Of a DNA stretch of 64,000 nucleotides, positions 28,346 through 41,365 are shown piece by piece. Below the pieces are notes generated by a model, which was not told the origin of the DNA, made no database searches, and saw only the letters and a program-made list of their open reading frames with translations. Source of the stretch: the human T2T-CHM13v2.0 reference genome, Homo sapiens. The DNA is taken from NCBI RefSeq assembly GCF_009914755.1, contig NC_060933.1; one strand, given 5' to 3'. The translations under genes were made by a program, and so were the position numbers. Positions within the stretch are counted from its first letter, which is position 1. Every line of letters starts with the position of its first letter.

Positions 28346-30343
28346 TACAAAAATTTCTTTATGGGAAAATATTTGGACATCTGAAAAATAATTTCCGGGT
28401 AATAGGCAAATATCTTCATTGTCTTCAATTCTGTAGTAAGATTTCATATATACAAAGGAAAATAAAAAGCACCCACTTAAGAAAAAACAAATTAAGAATA
28501 TGCTTTTATTCAATAAGACTACAGTGTATGAGAAAACCTGACGGAAGTTCTAAAGATATTGCTATACTTAAAGGTTTCTCAAGGTGGAACTTTAAATTCC
28601 CAAGACAAGAACTAATTTAGTGACATATTAAGACATTTAAATACCATTGCTAAATGAAAATAGCCCCAAATTAATTTTTCCAAAATCGAAAAAGTATCTT
28701 TATTTATAAGTCAATGCTTATTAAAAGAGCAGTAAATACAAAAAAAGTATAAAGAAGAAAATAAAATTAGCCACAGTAGTATTCACACACAAAAAACTGG
28801 CTTTCATACATTCATGACTTAAACGTCTTTGTGACTAGAATGAGCTGGTTTGGGAAGAGAGAAAAGTGGTTAATTTTAAGAAATGGGATTAAAGTGAAAG
28901 GACTGTAAACTTAAAGCATTACTGACAGAATGTAGTGAGCACAGACTCAAAGCAAGAAGAGTTATCATGATGCTACCTTAACTTTTCAGTAACAACCTTA
29001 GATTGCTGGCTCCAGCCTTGTATTGAGGCCTTCAAGCCAGCAAAGTTATAAACTCTTTTATTAAATGCCAATTATTTAGTTTCTTGTAGTGACCAGTGTC
29101 GTGCCTGACTCAGCACCTTCTAAACTTAACCATTGTGAATTGAGTTTATGAAGGCAGTGTTAGAATGTAAAGATGAAGGAAACATGTATACCTCTTAATT
29201 TAATATGGAAACCTCAGGTATTATACAAAACCAATCCTAGCAGCACTGGAAGAGGAGCAGTATAAAAATGAGTTTACTAAAGCAGTGCCAGATTGAATCA
29301 TCTAGCTATTGTGTAATGTTAGCTTGAGGATCATCTATTGCTTATTATTTCACCAGTGGAGAAAAAGAACCTATAAAATTAAAAGAAAAAAAGGCTTTCT
29401 CCTAGGTGTCTGTGAGAGAACAGAGTTTAAAGTAAATCAACACTTCACTGGAAAATATTTCCCTAGTTGTTTCCTCTATGGACAAAGTCCTTGAGGAATC
29501 AGTCATGTATTTCAAGTGTCAGCAGAGCTTAGGAGAACAGCTGAGCTTCATAACTCTTAGCATTTTATTTATTCACAAGGAAATATTGACTTAAATTAGC
29601 TAGATTCTGTCTTGGTGTCACTTGATTCTCTAGACTTACACAGAGGTTGGAGAAGGAATTTATGCAATTCAAAGACGCCAACTTGTCAAGGAGTAAATCA
29701 ATGTGATTTTCACAAAGCCAGTTTTACATAAGGCGTCTTGTAATTCTACAAGAAATATGCTATTTTCCTTTCATTCCATTATAGAAATATAGAAAAACAG
29801 TTATAATAAATTAATATATGTTCCCATTCTCATTTTTCTTTGAGCATAGGTAGCAACATCGATCCAAATGATTCAAAGACTTTAAGTTGACCCATTCAAC
29901 TTTATCCAAATTTTGAAGAGAATAATATGCCTGAAGTTGAAAATCAAGGGCACATTCCTTCACATTTTGCCCATTTGAAAAAAGGGGACAAAACCCATAA
30001 GGCTCTATATAGTTTTTCTTGATTAGTTACAGTCTTTTAAATTATTTTAAAATAAAAGCAATAAGCACTTTTAACTTAATCTTTGTATTCAGCCATAAGA
30101 ACACACTACCTGTTCTTATGTACTGAAGCCTCATTTGAAGATCCTATAATCACTGCACTTTGGCATTGTATGGAAATCTTAATAATTTTTTAGTTCAGGA
30201 TTTGCATTTATCACACTTTATAAGTAAAACACTCAATGTGCTAAGCAGTGTGTCTAGTTTAAGTAACTAATAAGTGGCAGTCAAGGCTAGAATCCAGAGT
30301 ACCTTAGTTGCTACTGCTAGTGTCCCCACTAGCACTACCTTTA

Positions 30344-30558
30344 TTATGATTATTATTGAGACAGGATCTCACTCTGCCTCCAGGGCTGGAGTGTAGGCTG
30401 TAGTGCAGTGCCTCCCCCAGCTCACTGCAGCCTCGAATTTCTGGGCCCAAGTGATCCTCCCACCTCTGCCTGCTGAGTGATTGGGACCACAGGCATGCAC
30501 CACCATACCCAGCTAATCTTTTAATTTTTTTGTAGAGACAGGGTCTCCCTATGTTGCC
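30344..30558 (-). mobile_element. 5'-truncated AluJ
   Basis: Right arm plus the end of the left arm (GTAGAGACAGGGTCTCCCTATGTTGCC). TSD AG(CA/TG)CTACCTTTA at 30331-30343 and 30559-30571. Confidence 0.9.
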
Positions 30559-30601
30559 AGTGCTACCTTTAAATACCCAGTAAAACACATTTAATTCTTT
30601 C

Positions 30602-31298
30602 TGTGGCACGTAAAACTTGGAGTGGCTTGCATGACCCTTTCGCCTCTACCCTGAACTTTTATATTCATTCCCTGTGTAATCAATGCTCTCCCCTTGAGTT
30701 TGGACAAGGCACACAACTTCTCATTAGTAAATATGGCAAAGGTGAAGGGCTATTGCAGATATGCAATTTAGATGCCAAATAGGTTGATTTTGAGTTAGTC
30801 AAGAGGGAAATTATCCTGGGTGGGCCTGACTGAATCAGGTAAAAGCCCTTACAAAAAGAACTAGGCCTTCTCTGAAGTTAGAGATTTTACATAGGAGAGA
30901 GTCTTCTTGCTGGCTTGGTGATGCAAGCAGTCAGGTTGAGGAAGCCTAAGTTGCAGGGAACTGTGAGTAGCCCCTGGGAACTATGGATGGCCTCTGGTCC
31001 CTGAGGTCAGCCTCTAGCCTCCAATCAGCAAAGGGTGGGGGCTTTCATCCACACAGACCAAAGCAATATTAATTCTGACAACAACTTGAATGAAACTAGA
31101 AGAAAAATTTTCCCCAATCAAACCTACAGATGAAAATGCAACCCGGCTGATAATACATGACCATGTAAGATCTCAAAGAGAGGGCCCAGATAAGCTATAC
31201 CTGGGCTCTTGATTCATAAAAACTGGGAGAAAACAAGTGTGTGTTATTTTAAGCTGCTAATTTTGTGGTAATTTGTTACTCTAATATAGAAAAGTAAA
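30602..31298 (+). mobile_element. MLT1E-type MaLR solo LTR
   Basis: GTTGATTTTGAGTTAGTCAAGAGGGAAATTATCCTGGGTGGGCCTGAC...TTTTAAGCTGCTAATTTTGTGGTAATTTGTTAC. Confidence 0.85.
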
Positions 31299-31714
31299 GC
31301 GCTTTGTAAGTGGAGTATTTCCCCGTCATACTTGAGAGTAAAATATGCTTTTAACCTGTTTGTGTATAACACATAGAAATGGTCTGCTGTTTTGCAGTCT
31401 TGCTTCACACATCACACCCCTTCCTCATCACTGCACAGTCATATCAGAGCTCCTGCCAGACCGAAGAAGTGATTGTTTCCTCAGGCAGTGATTTGCAGAT
31501 GTTTGATTTTGCAAAGCAGGATAATTTTAAAAAATGTTTCGGCCACAGACATAGTGTTGCCAAACTTTAAATTAACTGCATAACAACATTTTAAAAACAC
31601 CAGCTACTATATAATTATTTTATCATTAAAAACCAAAATATAATACCAAAAAGCTTAGTAGGGTTATAATCTCAGAAAGAAAAGAGTCTTTCTCACGAAC
31701 AAAGAGCTGGCAAC

Positions 31715-31716
<2 letters not shown>

Positions 31717-31758
<42 letters not shown>
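31717..31758 (+). repeat. Perfect (AC)21 microsatellite
   Basis: Read directly. Confidence 0.98.
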
Positions 31759-31760
<2 letters not shown>

Positions 31761-32815
31761 CTTAATATTCCCATTTTGCCATTGACCAGAATAAACAGAG
31801 CATTGTCACAGATTGCTACCAGACTATACACAATGTCATTTGGAAGCCAATGTTGTAAGAAGTTGTTTTAAAAACCATTGGGCAGAGCAGATGGCATCCT
31901 CTGCTACTTCGTTCAGGCTGCTTACTATCTTTCAAGATTAAGATGCTTTTATGAAGGAGTGAACTAGAAATGTACAAGCTGTCTTTTTATACCCCACTAA
32001 TTATACTTTTATAAAAATATTTCTTCATCTACAGAGCACCTCTTATTTGCCACATACTATTCTACATAGTCAGTATCTATCATGTCACTGAGTCTTCATT
32101 AGAGTCCTGTGATTTGTATTACTATGATAATCGTCATTTTGCACATGGGAAATCTTACGTAGCAGGGACTTGACGAAAGTGAAGTGATCTTAAGTTATTT
32201 AGCCCACACTTTTAAACACTATGTTAGAATGTTACATGGAGTCACATTTTGCCTTGTGTATATTCCTTTTTGTCCATATTGATTTCACACATAGATTAAT
32301 CTAGAAAACTGAATGAGCATTTCATGGAAAACAGGATATAAGACAAGTATGAAGGCATATAAAAAATTACGTGCCATCTTGAACAGATCTCTACTGACAG
32401 CATATTTGAGAGAGATTTTCGATTTGAGGATCTCAAACATGGAAGTTCAGAATAAAACTTAAAGGACAGCTTTTCAATAATATAATGGTGAAACCAATGG
32501 AAGAAATCAGTGGAGAAATAAAAAGGGGTAAAGAAAGACGAGAGAATGTTGAGGGAAACACTAATTAGTAATAACATGGTTGAGGTTCCTCTTGGAAACC
32601 ACCCAGAATCTAACTTGAACTCAGATTCAACGAAGATTTATTTACTGTTCATTTTGTACAAGCACTGTGCAAGGCATTGTTACATGTTTTCTAGTGATTA
32701 TCAGAGTCATAAGCTTGTGGACTCTCGAATCAGATGATCTGGCTTTGAATAATATATCTGAGATGGTATGCAAATAGGACAATATGGGACTTCTTTTTTT
32801 AAAAAATCAAATATT

Positions 32816-33235
32816 TGGTTATGAATAATTTTATGTGTCAATATGGCTAGATCATGGTACTCAGTTGTTTGGTCAAACACTTGTGTAGATGTTACTCTAA
32901 GACTATTTTTCAGTTGCGATTAACATTTACCACCAGTTAAGTAAAGCAGACAATCCTCCATAATATGAATGGGTCTCATTAAATTTGCTGAAGGCCAAGA
33001 CTGAGGTTTCCCCAAAAAGAAGAAATTTTACCTGCAGACTGCAACATAGAAATTCTACCTTAGTTTCGAGCCTTCAGATGCAAGACTCTTAACTGCACCT
33101 CCAGCCTGTCGGCTTGCCCTATTAATTTTGGACTTGTCAGCTCCCACAATTATGTAAATCAATTTCTTAAAATAAATCTCTGTATATATGTATATCCTAT
33201 TGTGCCTGTTTTTCTGAAAAACCCTGACTAATACA
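32816..33235 (+). mobile_element. MLT2D-like (ERVL) solo LTR
   Basis: TAATTTTATGTGTCAA...AGTAAAGCAGA...TTTCTTAAAATAAATCTCT...AACCCTGACTAATACA. Confidence 0.85.
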
Positions 33236-34040
33236 TATGCCAGCTGAACTAAATGCCAGTTCTAATTCTCCAAAATCATTAAAAATCCTCATTTTTATAT
33301 TATATGTGATAATCCATATATAATATACTAAATGTAATTAAGCATCTAGTCTGTGTAATATTGGTCTCAACAGTTTCCCCACCTGTAAAATAAGGACTAA
33401 TTATAGTATAACCTTCCAGAAAAGTGGGAATTATGTGAGATGTCAAGTGGGTAGCATAGTGCCTGACACACCTAAGGTTTCATTAAATAGAAGCTGTTTT
33501 GTTATCCTTAAAATAATCCCACAAAAAAATATTATTTAGAGATGAAAAAACTAAAGCTGAGAGAAGTTTAAATAGCTCTTAGGATATTAAGCCACTTATT
33601 TTGACAGTGAAATGATGGTTACTTTTCTGAATATAGCTTCCTTTTTCCTGAGTTTTATTGATCTTCAATGGGATAAATGTGCTGATGGCTGAAATACTGA
33701 AGTTTACATGAAGAATAATTGAAAAGAGATAAGGAGTAGCACAGGGTATAAAACAAGTAAAACACAATTTGTAAAAATGATCATTGATAATGAAAATGCT
33801 TTAGGATTGATTCACATATACGCAAATTTTGGTGGAACACTCACTAAAACAGATTTTCAACATTTAGCAGTCAGGGTTGACACTGGGATTATTGTAGAAT
33901 TATGAGAAGTGATCAAAATTGAGACTTGTAATTTCTTTCCACCTTATGTTTTATGGATTTGGTAGAATTTGGGAGTGAAATATAGACCAAGACTATGTAA
34001 ATATTTTAAATCTGGCTCATATTTTATTATATATATAAAA

Positions 34041-34239
34041 GATGATCAGTGATGTTGAGCACCTTTCATGTGCCTGTTTGCCATTTGTATGTCTTCTTTT
34101 GAGAAATGTCTATTCAGAGCTTTTGCCCATTTTTAAATCAGATGATTACTTTTTTTTTCTGTAGAGTTGTTTGAGCTCCTTGTATATTCTGATTATTAAT
34201 CCCTCATGAGATGTACGGTTTGCAAATATTTTCTACCAT
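34041..34239 (-). mobile_element. Isolated ~200 bp internal L1MA ORF2 fragment
   Basis: GATGTTGAGCACCTTTCAT...TTTGCAAATATTTTCT. Near-copy of 36479-36690. Confidence 0.85.
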
Positions 34240-34578
34240 ATATATGTAAAATATAACATGTAAAATAATCAGTTTTAGAACAAATTTAGGTTTCATTCTG
34301 AGGAAAAGAAATTACAATTTAGTTTGGGAGGTATTTTGGGCAAAAAAAAAAAAGTCCTATATTATCCTATCATGTACCTTATCACAGATCACTGACAATA
34401 TAGAAAAAAGATGGTCTTGTTTATTTTATTTGTTTAATGTTTATTGCAACTTTAATTATAATTGTACAAAAAGAGAAGAAAACAAAAATTCCCTACAAAA
34501 AGATAATGGTCAAATGCTTATTGTACTTTCCTATGAAATTATTATAATTATTTTGCTTTTGATAATCTGTGTTTAAAA

Positions 34579-36723
34579 ATTTTTAATTTTTAATTTTTGT
34601 GCATACATAGTAGGTGTATATATTTTTAGGGTACATGAGATATTTTGATCCAGGCATATGATGCATAATAATTACAACAGGGTAAATGGGTATATCCCAT
34701 CACCTCAAACATTTATCCTTTCCTTTTGTTACAAACAATACCATTATACTCAGTTATTTTTAAAAGTATAATAAATTTTTGTTGACTGTAATCACCCCGT
34801 TGTACTTTCAAATACTAGATATTATTCATTCGATATCGGTATTATTTATTTTTATTTTTATTATACTTTAAGTTCTAGGGTACATGTGCACAACGTGCAG
34901 GTTTGTTACATATGTATACATGTGTCATGTTGATGTGCTGCAACCATTAACTCGTCATTTACATTAGATATATCTCCTAATGCTATCCCTCCCCCATCCC
35001 CCACCCCACAACAGGCCCTGATGTGTGATGTTCCCCACTCTGTGTCCAAGTGTTCTCATTGTTCAATTCCCACCTGTGAGTGAGAACATGCGGTGTTTGC
35101 TTTTCTGTCCTTGTGATGGTTTGCTTAGAATGATGGTTTGCAGCTTCATCCATGTCCCTACCAAGGACCTGAACTCATCCTTTTTTATGGCTGCATAGTA
35201 TTCCATGATGTATATGTGCCACATTTTCTTAATTCAGTCTTTCATTGATGGAAATTTGGCTTCTTTCCAAGTCTTTGCTATTGTGAATAGTGCCGCAATA
35301 AACATACGTGTGCATGTGTCTTTATAGCAGCATGATTTATAATCCTTTGGGTATATACCCAGTAATGGGATGGCTGGGTCAAATGGTATGTCTAGTTCTA
35401 GATCCTAGAGAAATCGCCATACTGTCTTCCACAATGGTTGAACTAGTTTATAGTCCCACCAACAGTGTAAAAGTGTTCCTATTTCTCTACATCCTCTCCA
35501 GCACCTGTTGTTTCCAGACTTTTTAGTGATCACCATTCTAACTGGTATGAGATGGTATCTCACTGTGGTCTTGATTTGAATTTCTCTGATGTCCAGTGAT
35601 GATGAGCATTTTTTCATGTGTCTGTTGGCTGCATAAATGTCTTCGAGACTTCATCCACTTTTTGATGGGGTTGTTTGATTTTTTCTTGTAAATTTGTTTA
35701 AGTTCTTTGTAGATTCTGGATATTAGCCCTTTGTCAGACGGGGAGATTGCAAAAATTTTCCCCCGTTCTGTAGGTTGCCTGTCCACTCTGATGGCAGTTT
35801 CTTTTGCTGTGCAGAAGCTCTTTAGTTTAATTAGTGTAAGTGTTATTTTTGTACCCATTAACCGTCCCCTTTGCTCCCCTGTCTAGTACTCCTCCCAGCC
35901 TCTGGTAAGTATCATTCTACTCGCTATCTCCATGAGTTCAATTATTTTCATTTTTAGCTTCCACAAGTAAGTGAGAACATATAATGTTTGTCTTTCTGTG
36001 CCTGCATTATTTCACATAATATAAAGTCCTTCAGTTCCATCTCTGTTGTTGCAAATGACAGGATCTCATTCTTTTTCATAGCTGAATAGTACTCCACTGT
36101 GTGAATGTACATTTTCTTTATCCATTCATCTGAGGATGGACATTAGGTTGCCTCAAAATCTTGGCTATTGTGAATAGTGTTGCAATAAACATGGAAGTGC
36201 AGATATCTCTTCAATATGATAATTTCCTTTTTTTTTTTTTTGGTTATATACCTAGCTGTGGGATTGCTGGAACATATGGTAGCTCTATTTTTAGTTTTTT
36301 GAGGAAATTCCAAACTGTTCTCCATAGTGATTGTACTAATTTACATTCCTACCAACAGTGTACAAGGGTTCCCTTTTCTGCACATCCTTGGTAGAATTTG
36401 CTGTTGCCTGTCTTTTGAATAAAAGCCATTTTAACTGGGATAAGGTGATCTTATTGCAGTTTTGATTTGCATTTCTCTGATGGTCAATGATGTTGAGCAC
36501 CTTTTCATATACCTGTTTGCCATTTGTATGTCTTCTTTTGAAAAATGTCTATTCACATCGTTTTGCCCATTTTAAAATCAGATTATTAGTTTTTTTTTTT
36601 TTCTGTAGAGTTGGTTGAGCTCCTTATATATTCTGGTTTTTAACCCTTCATGAGATGTGATGTACAGTTTACAAATATTTTCTTCCATTCTGTGGGTTGT
36701 CTCTTCACTATGTTGAATGTTTC
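34579..36723 (-). mobile_element. 5'-truncated L1MA (L1MA3-like), interrupted by an L1PA
   Basis: L1MA 3'UTR at 34579-34845 resumes at ~35835 (TTTTGTACCCATTAACC) and runs into the ORF2 C-terminus. Confidence 0.9.
34846..35834 (-). mobile_element. 5'-truncated L1PA (L1PA4-6-like) nested in L1MA
   Basis: TTATACTTTAAGTTCTAGGGTACATGTGCACAACGTGCAGG 3' end. ORF2 C-terminal peptide ([23 protein letters not shown]) appears in the ORF track. Confidence 0.95.
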
Positions 36724-38042
36724 AAAGATGGTTTTATTAATGAAAAAATACCATGGGTGTATATTTCTCCATAGTTCATAGAAGCAGAATGGGGATGAAT
36801 TCAGGTGACTGAAAATGTTTCATAGATCAAATGTTATTATCTTGAATAAGCTTAATGGATCTATTTCCTAATGTAGTAAGTCTTTTCCATTGCTAACTTT
36901 GGTGATTTTTATTATTAAACAAAGTCAATATAAGATGTGGTTGGTTCATCTGGATTAAAATACATACACATGCCAGAATCTATTACTCCTTTTTTATGTT
37001 TATACAGATCCACAAAAATTGATGTGAAGAGCCAGTTTTCTAAAACTAATAGCGGATAGTGTCATGCAAAGATTTGTGACTAAATGTGTATACTTATAGC
37101 TTAATGCACCCTGATTGGGAGAGCCTTGTGAAATATCACTTTACTGGGGGAGGGAGGAGTAGTCACATATGATGGTCCACAGTTAAACACACAGCTATGC
37201 CTACCTATACAAGATAAAGATGAAGCACATGGAACATTTCCTTGGAAATGTGAAAGGGAATGACCCCAGCTTAACCTGAGTCAGTTTTGTATTCAAATAG
37301 TCCCTCTGTGTACATTTTCTCCTTTCTCTCAAACTTGAATGAGCTCTAAAATAAATATCTATTTACATTGAAGCCATTGAGCATTTATCTACCTGACCAT
37401 AGCCTAGAAATAAGAGTGAATAAGAAAAAGGAAAAAGTTTACGCTTTGTATTTTGTAAATGTATGCTAGATTTCTATACAGATATTTTCAAGGGCCTTGA
37501 CATTTTCAATGGCTTATGAGATATTCTAAGACCTTCATATAACATTTGAGTCCTTGAAATCAAATTTATTGGCTTTGGAATACAAAAAAGAACCCATAAA
37601 ATCAAAATGAATAAATGTTTAATTAAATGTCTGCAAGACATAACATTATGTAAACGTCATTAATTATTAAATTTAGTATTCATAAAAGTTTTATTGAATT
37701 TGAAAACAGTTTGCTGGATATATTTTTTCCACTTCGCAAGAATTTCTGAGTTCTGCTGAAAAATCATGGCCCATCCTTAATTATATCATAGTTAAATAAT
37801 TTCAAAAACAAAATTACAACATTCCTTTCCAGAATTTTGCAGTAAATAATTAATGTTGAATGTGGGTGTGCTTTCATATGTTTGTTATGAGGCATGCTGT
37901 GGCTTCGAAAGGGCTGACCAAGTTCTTAAAACAGCTCCACTTTGAATTCTTCCATTGCTTGCTGTGCCATGATAGATAAGAAAGAAATACTTGGCTCATG
38001 TTCCACTTTTTTATTATAAAACCTTTCAAACTAGGGGAAGCC

Positions 38043-39180
38043 TTAGATTGTGTTCTCCAGAAGCAGTCTCTGGGAAAGGAGTTGTGTTTAGAAGGTTTTT
38101 TTTACTGGGGAGTGTTCTCAGGAGATACAGCTGCAGGAAAGTATGGATGGCAAAGGCAAAAACTATCAGCAATATGGTTGCAACAGAGGACCCAGTCGAT
38201 CCTGCAGTGAGCTCTGGAGCTGGGATGGCCCTTCAGAATTGTGCCAAAATATTGGGGCAGTGGGATGGGACTTTATTTATTTGTAATTGAAAAATAATAA
38301 CTGTACATATTTATAAAGTACAATAGTTTCAATACTCAATATATAGTGATCAGATCAGGGTAATTAGCATATTTCAATACTCATAATGTTGAGTGATCAG
38401 ATCAGGGTAATTAGCATAGCCATGTTTCAATACTCATGATGTATAGTGATCAGATCAGGGTAATCAGCATATCCATCATCTCAAATATTTATCATTTATT
38501 TGTGTTGGTAATGTTCAGTATTCTCCTTCTAGTTATTTGAAACTATATATTACTGTTAACTATGGTCATCCTACAGTGCCACAGAACACTATAACTTATT
38601 CTTGCTATCTAGATGTAATTTTGTATCCTTTAACAAATCTCTCCTTATTCCTCCTTTCCCCCACCCTTCCCAGCCTCTAATATCCTCTGTTCTACTGTTT
38701 ACTTACATTAGATCAAATTTTTTTTAGCTTCCACATATGGGTGAGAGCACACAGCATTTAACTTTTTGTTTCTGGCTTATTTCACTTAATATCCTTCAGT
38801 TCCATCTATGTTGCCATACATGACAGGATTTTATTCATTTTTATGGCTGAATAATATTCCATTTTGTATATGTTAATTCCATATCTTGGCTATTGTGAAT
38901 AGAGCTGCAGTAGATGTGAGATGCAGATGTCTCTTCGATCTTCTTTGCTTTGGATAGATTCTCAGTAGGGGGATTGCTGGACAATATGTAGTTGCATTTG
39001 TAGTTGTTTGAGGAACCTTCATACTGTTCTCCATAGTGGTTGCACTAGTTTACAATTGGACTGGGGCCTCTGAGTCCCTGAATTAGTTAGCTGTCGGTCT
39101 CATATCTCCTCTGGGAGGTGACATAACCTTTGGCAGGCAGCTCTTGACAGCTGACAGAAACACTTTAGGGAGGGGATCAG
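38043..39180 (-). mobile_element. LTR16C-like ERVL LTR split by the L1 at 38272-39055
   Basis: GAGCTCTGGAGCTGGGATGGCCCTTCAGAATTGT in the left part; ATAACCTTTGGCAGGCAGCTCT in the right part. Confidence 0.65.
38272..39055 (-). mobile_element. L1MA5-like 3' end containing a tandem triplication
   Basis: AGTGATCAGATCAGGGTAATTAGCATA occurs three times (third copy with one mismatch); L1MA 3'UTR motifs. Confidence 0.85.
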
Positions 39181-40171
39181 GACACAGAGGATCACAATAT
39201 GTATGCACTTATGTACTTTAGGGAGTATTAGATTTCTCACACCAAAATTCAGCCCATATGCTGTGGTTATGACAAAGGTAGATTAAGGAGAGCTAGGATT
39301 TCATCCAGTTCATGAGTTTACCAGATTAATACATTGGTGATGATGTGTTGCTGGAATAAGGGTGCCCTTAGTTTCTACTGATGTTTAATATTTAAGTGTG
39401 CACAGTATGCTTGATGAAGCTACCAATACAATATTAAATGTTCAATGACATCCCGAACATTCTAAATTCAGTTATTGGTATTTTATGTGATCATGTAGAA
39501 TTCTGGGTTTAATCTAATTTAGTCAAATCATAACCCATAGTTATTGTCTATTGAGCATCTATCACTGTACTAGATCCCTGAATGCATTATATTACTCATT
39601 TCTCAATTTACATCTCCCATGTTAAAAATAGAAAGCTGATGTCTAGAGAGTTTATACAACTTATCCAAGTTTACACATGGTGTAAGAGATGACCAAATAT
39701 CTTTGATTCCAAAGACTTTTTCTCTGCCAATTTACCATGTTGCCACTCTAGAATGACATTTTTAAATCCTTCAAAATACATGGAAAAGTAATTTAAAACG
39801 GTTGTGCTCAAAAAGGTGACAAAAAGCTGTATGTGAATACTGATTTTATAATAAAAGTCGCTTGCTACTACTATGTGCCACGTATTGTTTGAAGCACTTT
39901 ACTTGAATAGACCCTTTACAACTTTAGAAATGATATCCTATCATCTTATTATCCTCTTTTTTGAGGTTGGTAAAATAATATACAAATAGGGTTAGGTAAT
40001 TCCCAAGATTACATAGCTACAGGCAGTAGAGATAGCATGTGACTCCTGCAGTCTGACTCCAGAGCTTCCCACTTAATCACAAAGCTCTATCTCTCTTCTG
40101 GGTCTATCCCACTTAACCAGAAGTGGGATTCTAAACTGTGTACTACATTGTTTTAAAAAGCAAATGTTCCC

Positions 40172-41364
40172 TTGGGAGGGTGTATGTGTTCAGGAATTTA
40201 TCCATTTTTTCTAGAATTTCTAGTTTATTTGCATAGAGGTGTTTACAATATTCTCTGATGGTAGTTTGTATTTCTGTGGGATCAGTGGTGATATCCCCTT
40301 TATCATTTTTTATTGCATCTATTTGGTTCTTCTCTCTTTTCTTCTTTACTCATCTGGCTAGCGGTCTATTTTGTTAATCTTTTCAAAAAAACAGCTCCTG
40401 GATTCACTGATTTTTTTAAAGGGTTTTTCATGTCTCTATCTCCTTCAGTTCTGCTTTGATCTTAGTTATTTCTTTTCTTCTGCTAGCTTTTGAATTTGTT
40501 TGCTCTTGCTTCTCTACTTCTTTTAATTGTGATGTTAGGGTGTTGATTTTAGATCTTTCCTGCTTTCTCCTGTGGGCATTTAGTGCTATAAATTTCCCTC
40601 TAAACACTGCTTTAGCTGTGTCCCAGAGATTCTGGTACATTGTATGTTTGTTCTCATTGGTTTTAAATAACTTATTTATTTCTGCCTTAATTTCATTATT
40701 TACCCAGTAGTCATTCAGGAACAGGTTGTTCAGTTTCCATGTAGTTGTTCGATTTTGAGTGAATTTCTTAATCTTGAGTTCTAATTTGATTGCACTGTGG
40801 TCTGAGAGACTGTTTGTTATGATTTCCATTCTTTTGCATTTGCTGAGGAGTGTTTTACTTCCAATTATGTGGTCAATTTTAGAATAAGTGTGATGCACTC
40901 CTGAGAAGAATGTATATTCTGTTGATTTTGGGTGGAGAATTCTGTAGATGTCTACTAGGTCTTCTTCTTCCAGAGCCGAGTACAAGTCCTGAATATCCTT
41001 GTTAATTTTCTGTCTCGTTGATCTATCTAATACTGACAGTGGGGTGTTAAAGTCTCCCAGTATTATTGTGTGGGAGTCTAAGTCTCTTTGTAGGTCTCTA
41101 AGAACTTGCTTTATGAATCTGGGTGCTCCTGTATTGGGTGCATATATATTTAGGAGAGTTAGCTCTTCTTGTTGCAATGATTCCTTTACCATTATGTAGT
41201 GCCCTTCTTTGTCTTTTTTGATCTTTGTTGGTTTAAAGTCCGTTTTATCAGAGACTAGGATTGCAACTCCTGCTTTTTTTTTTTTTGCTTTCCATTTGCT
41301 TGGTAAATATTCCTCCATGCCTTTATTTTGAGCGTATGTGTGTCTTTGCACGTGAGGTGGGTCT
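40172..41364 (-). mobile_element. Inverted 5' segment of an L1PA7-like element (ORF2 endonuclease region)
   Basis: The 307-aa ORF 40428..41351 carries L1 EN motifs [20 protein letters not shown] and SDH. Confidence 0.95.
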
Positions 41365-41365
41365 T

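Noticed and set aside
37487-37750. Possible old hAT DNA transposon fragment
   Set aside because: Only vague similarity; I could not identify TIRs or a family.
38327-38476. CRISPR-like repeat array
   Set aside because: The units are contiguous tandem copies without unique spacers, inside an L1, in a primate genome.
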